Assembly (NCBI RefSeq): GCF_006345805.1
Contig: NC_043010.1
Span: 59,086,001 to 59,150,000, forward strand
Length of the DNA: 64,000 bases
Direction: 5' to 3'
DNA from: Octopus sinensis
Taxonomy: Eukaryota
Numbering within the stretch: position 1 is the stretch's first letter; each line of letters starts with the position of its first letter. Below are positions 63,817-64,000 of the stretch, one piece after another. The notes below the pieces were generated by a model that was given only the letters and a program-made list of their open reading frames with translations, had not been told where the DNA came from and made no database searches. Made by a program: the position numbers and the translations under genes.

Positions 63817-63850
<34 letters not shown>

Positions 63851-63879
63851 TGTTTCTAAGAAAGCACAAAGCCAAAAGT

Positions 63880-64000
63880 CTGGTAGGGTAAGTTAGGTCA
63901 AATACATCATCTCAAATATTCTGCTGGTATTATATTTTATCAGTCCCAGAAGGATGAAAGGCAGAATTGACCTCTGCAGATTTTGAACTCTGAATGAGCC
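63880..64000 (-). mobile_element. Degenerate tRNA-derived SINE fragment
   Basis: gaaaggatgaaaggcagaattgacctctgcagattttgaactc resembles 6900-6945. Confidence 0.5.

Overview
AT-rich, repeat-rich animal genomic DNA. The protocadherin type and repeat families point to a cephalopod, most likely Octopus (inference from recall, no search run). The window is part of a head-to-tail tandem protocadherin cluster, all on the + strand. It holds a deleted remnant (P0, ~655-1343) and five full-length copies with ATGs at 11892 (P1), 23464 (P2), 34603 (P3), 48802 (P4) and 60406 (P5). Reconstructed structure per gene: conserved CCAAT-containing promoter, then a near-identical ~204-nt non-coding leader exon, a 4-9 kb transposon-filled intron, a large exon (signal peptide, 6 cadherin repeats, TM, start of tail), a 171-nt intron, a 154-nt exon, and a terminal exon ending ...EETPVKHV*. 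P3 and P5 each carry a 1-nt deletion (real or assembly error). The most striking signals are: (i) one near-identical promoter/leader cassette per gene; (ii) a constant-variable-constant layout of the ectodomain (residues 18-97 identical, 98-368 a mosaic of variable patches, 369 onward nearly identical) with apparent EC1/EC4 co-variation; (iii) a degenerate calcium-binding linker between EC3 and EC4. Intervening DNA contains CR1-like, RTE and L1/Tx1 LINEs, tRNA-derived SINEs, mariner/piggyBac/Helitron-type non-autonomous elements and microsatellites. No CRISPR arrays, rRNA or genuine tRNA genes were seen. All alignments were done by eye.
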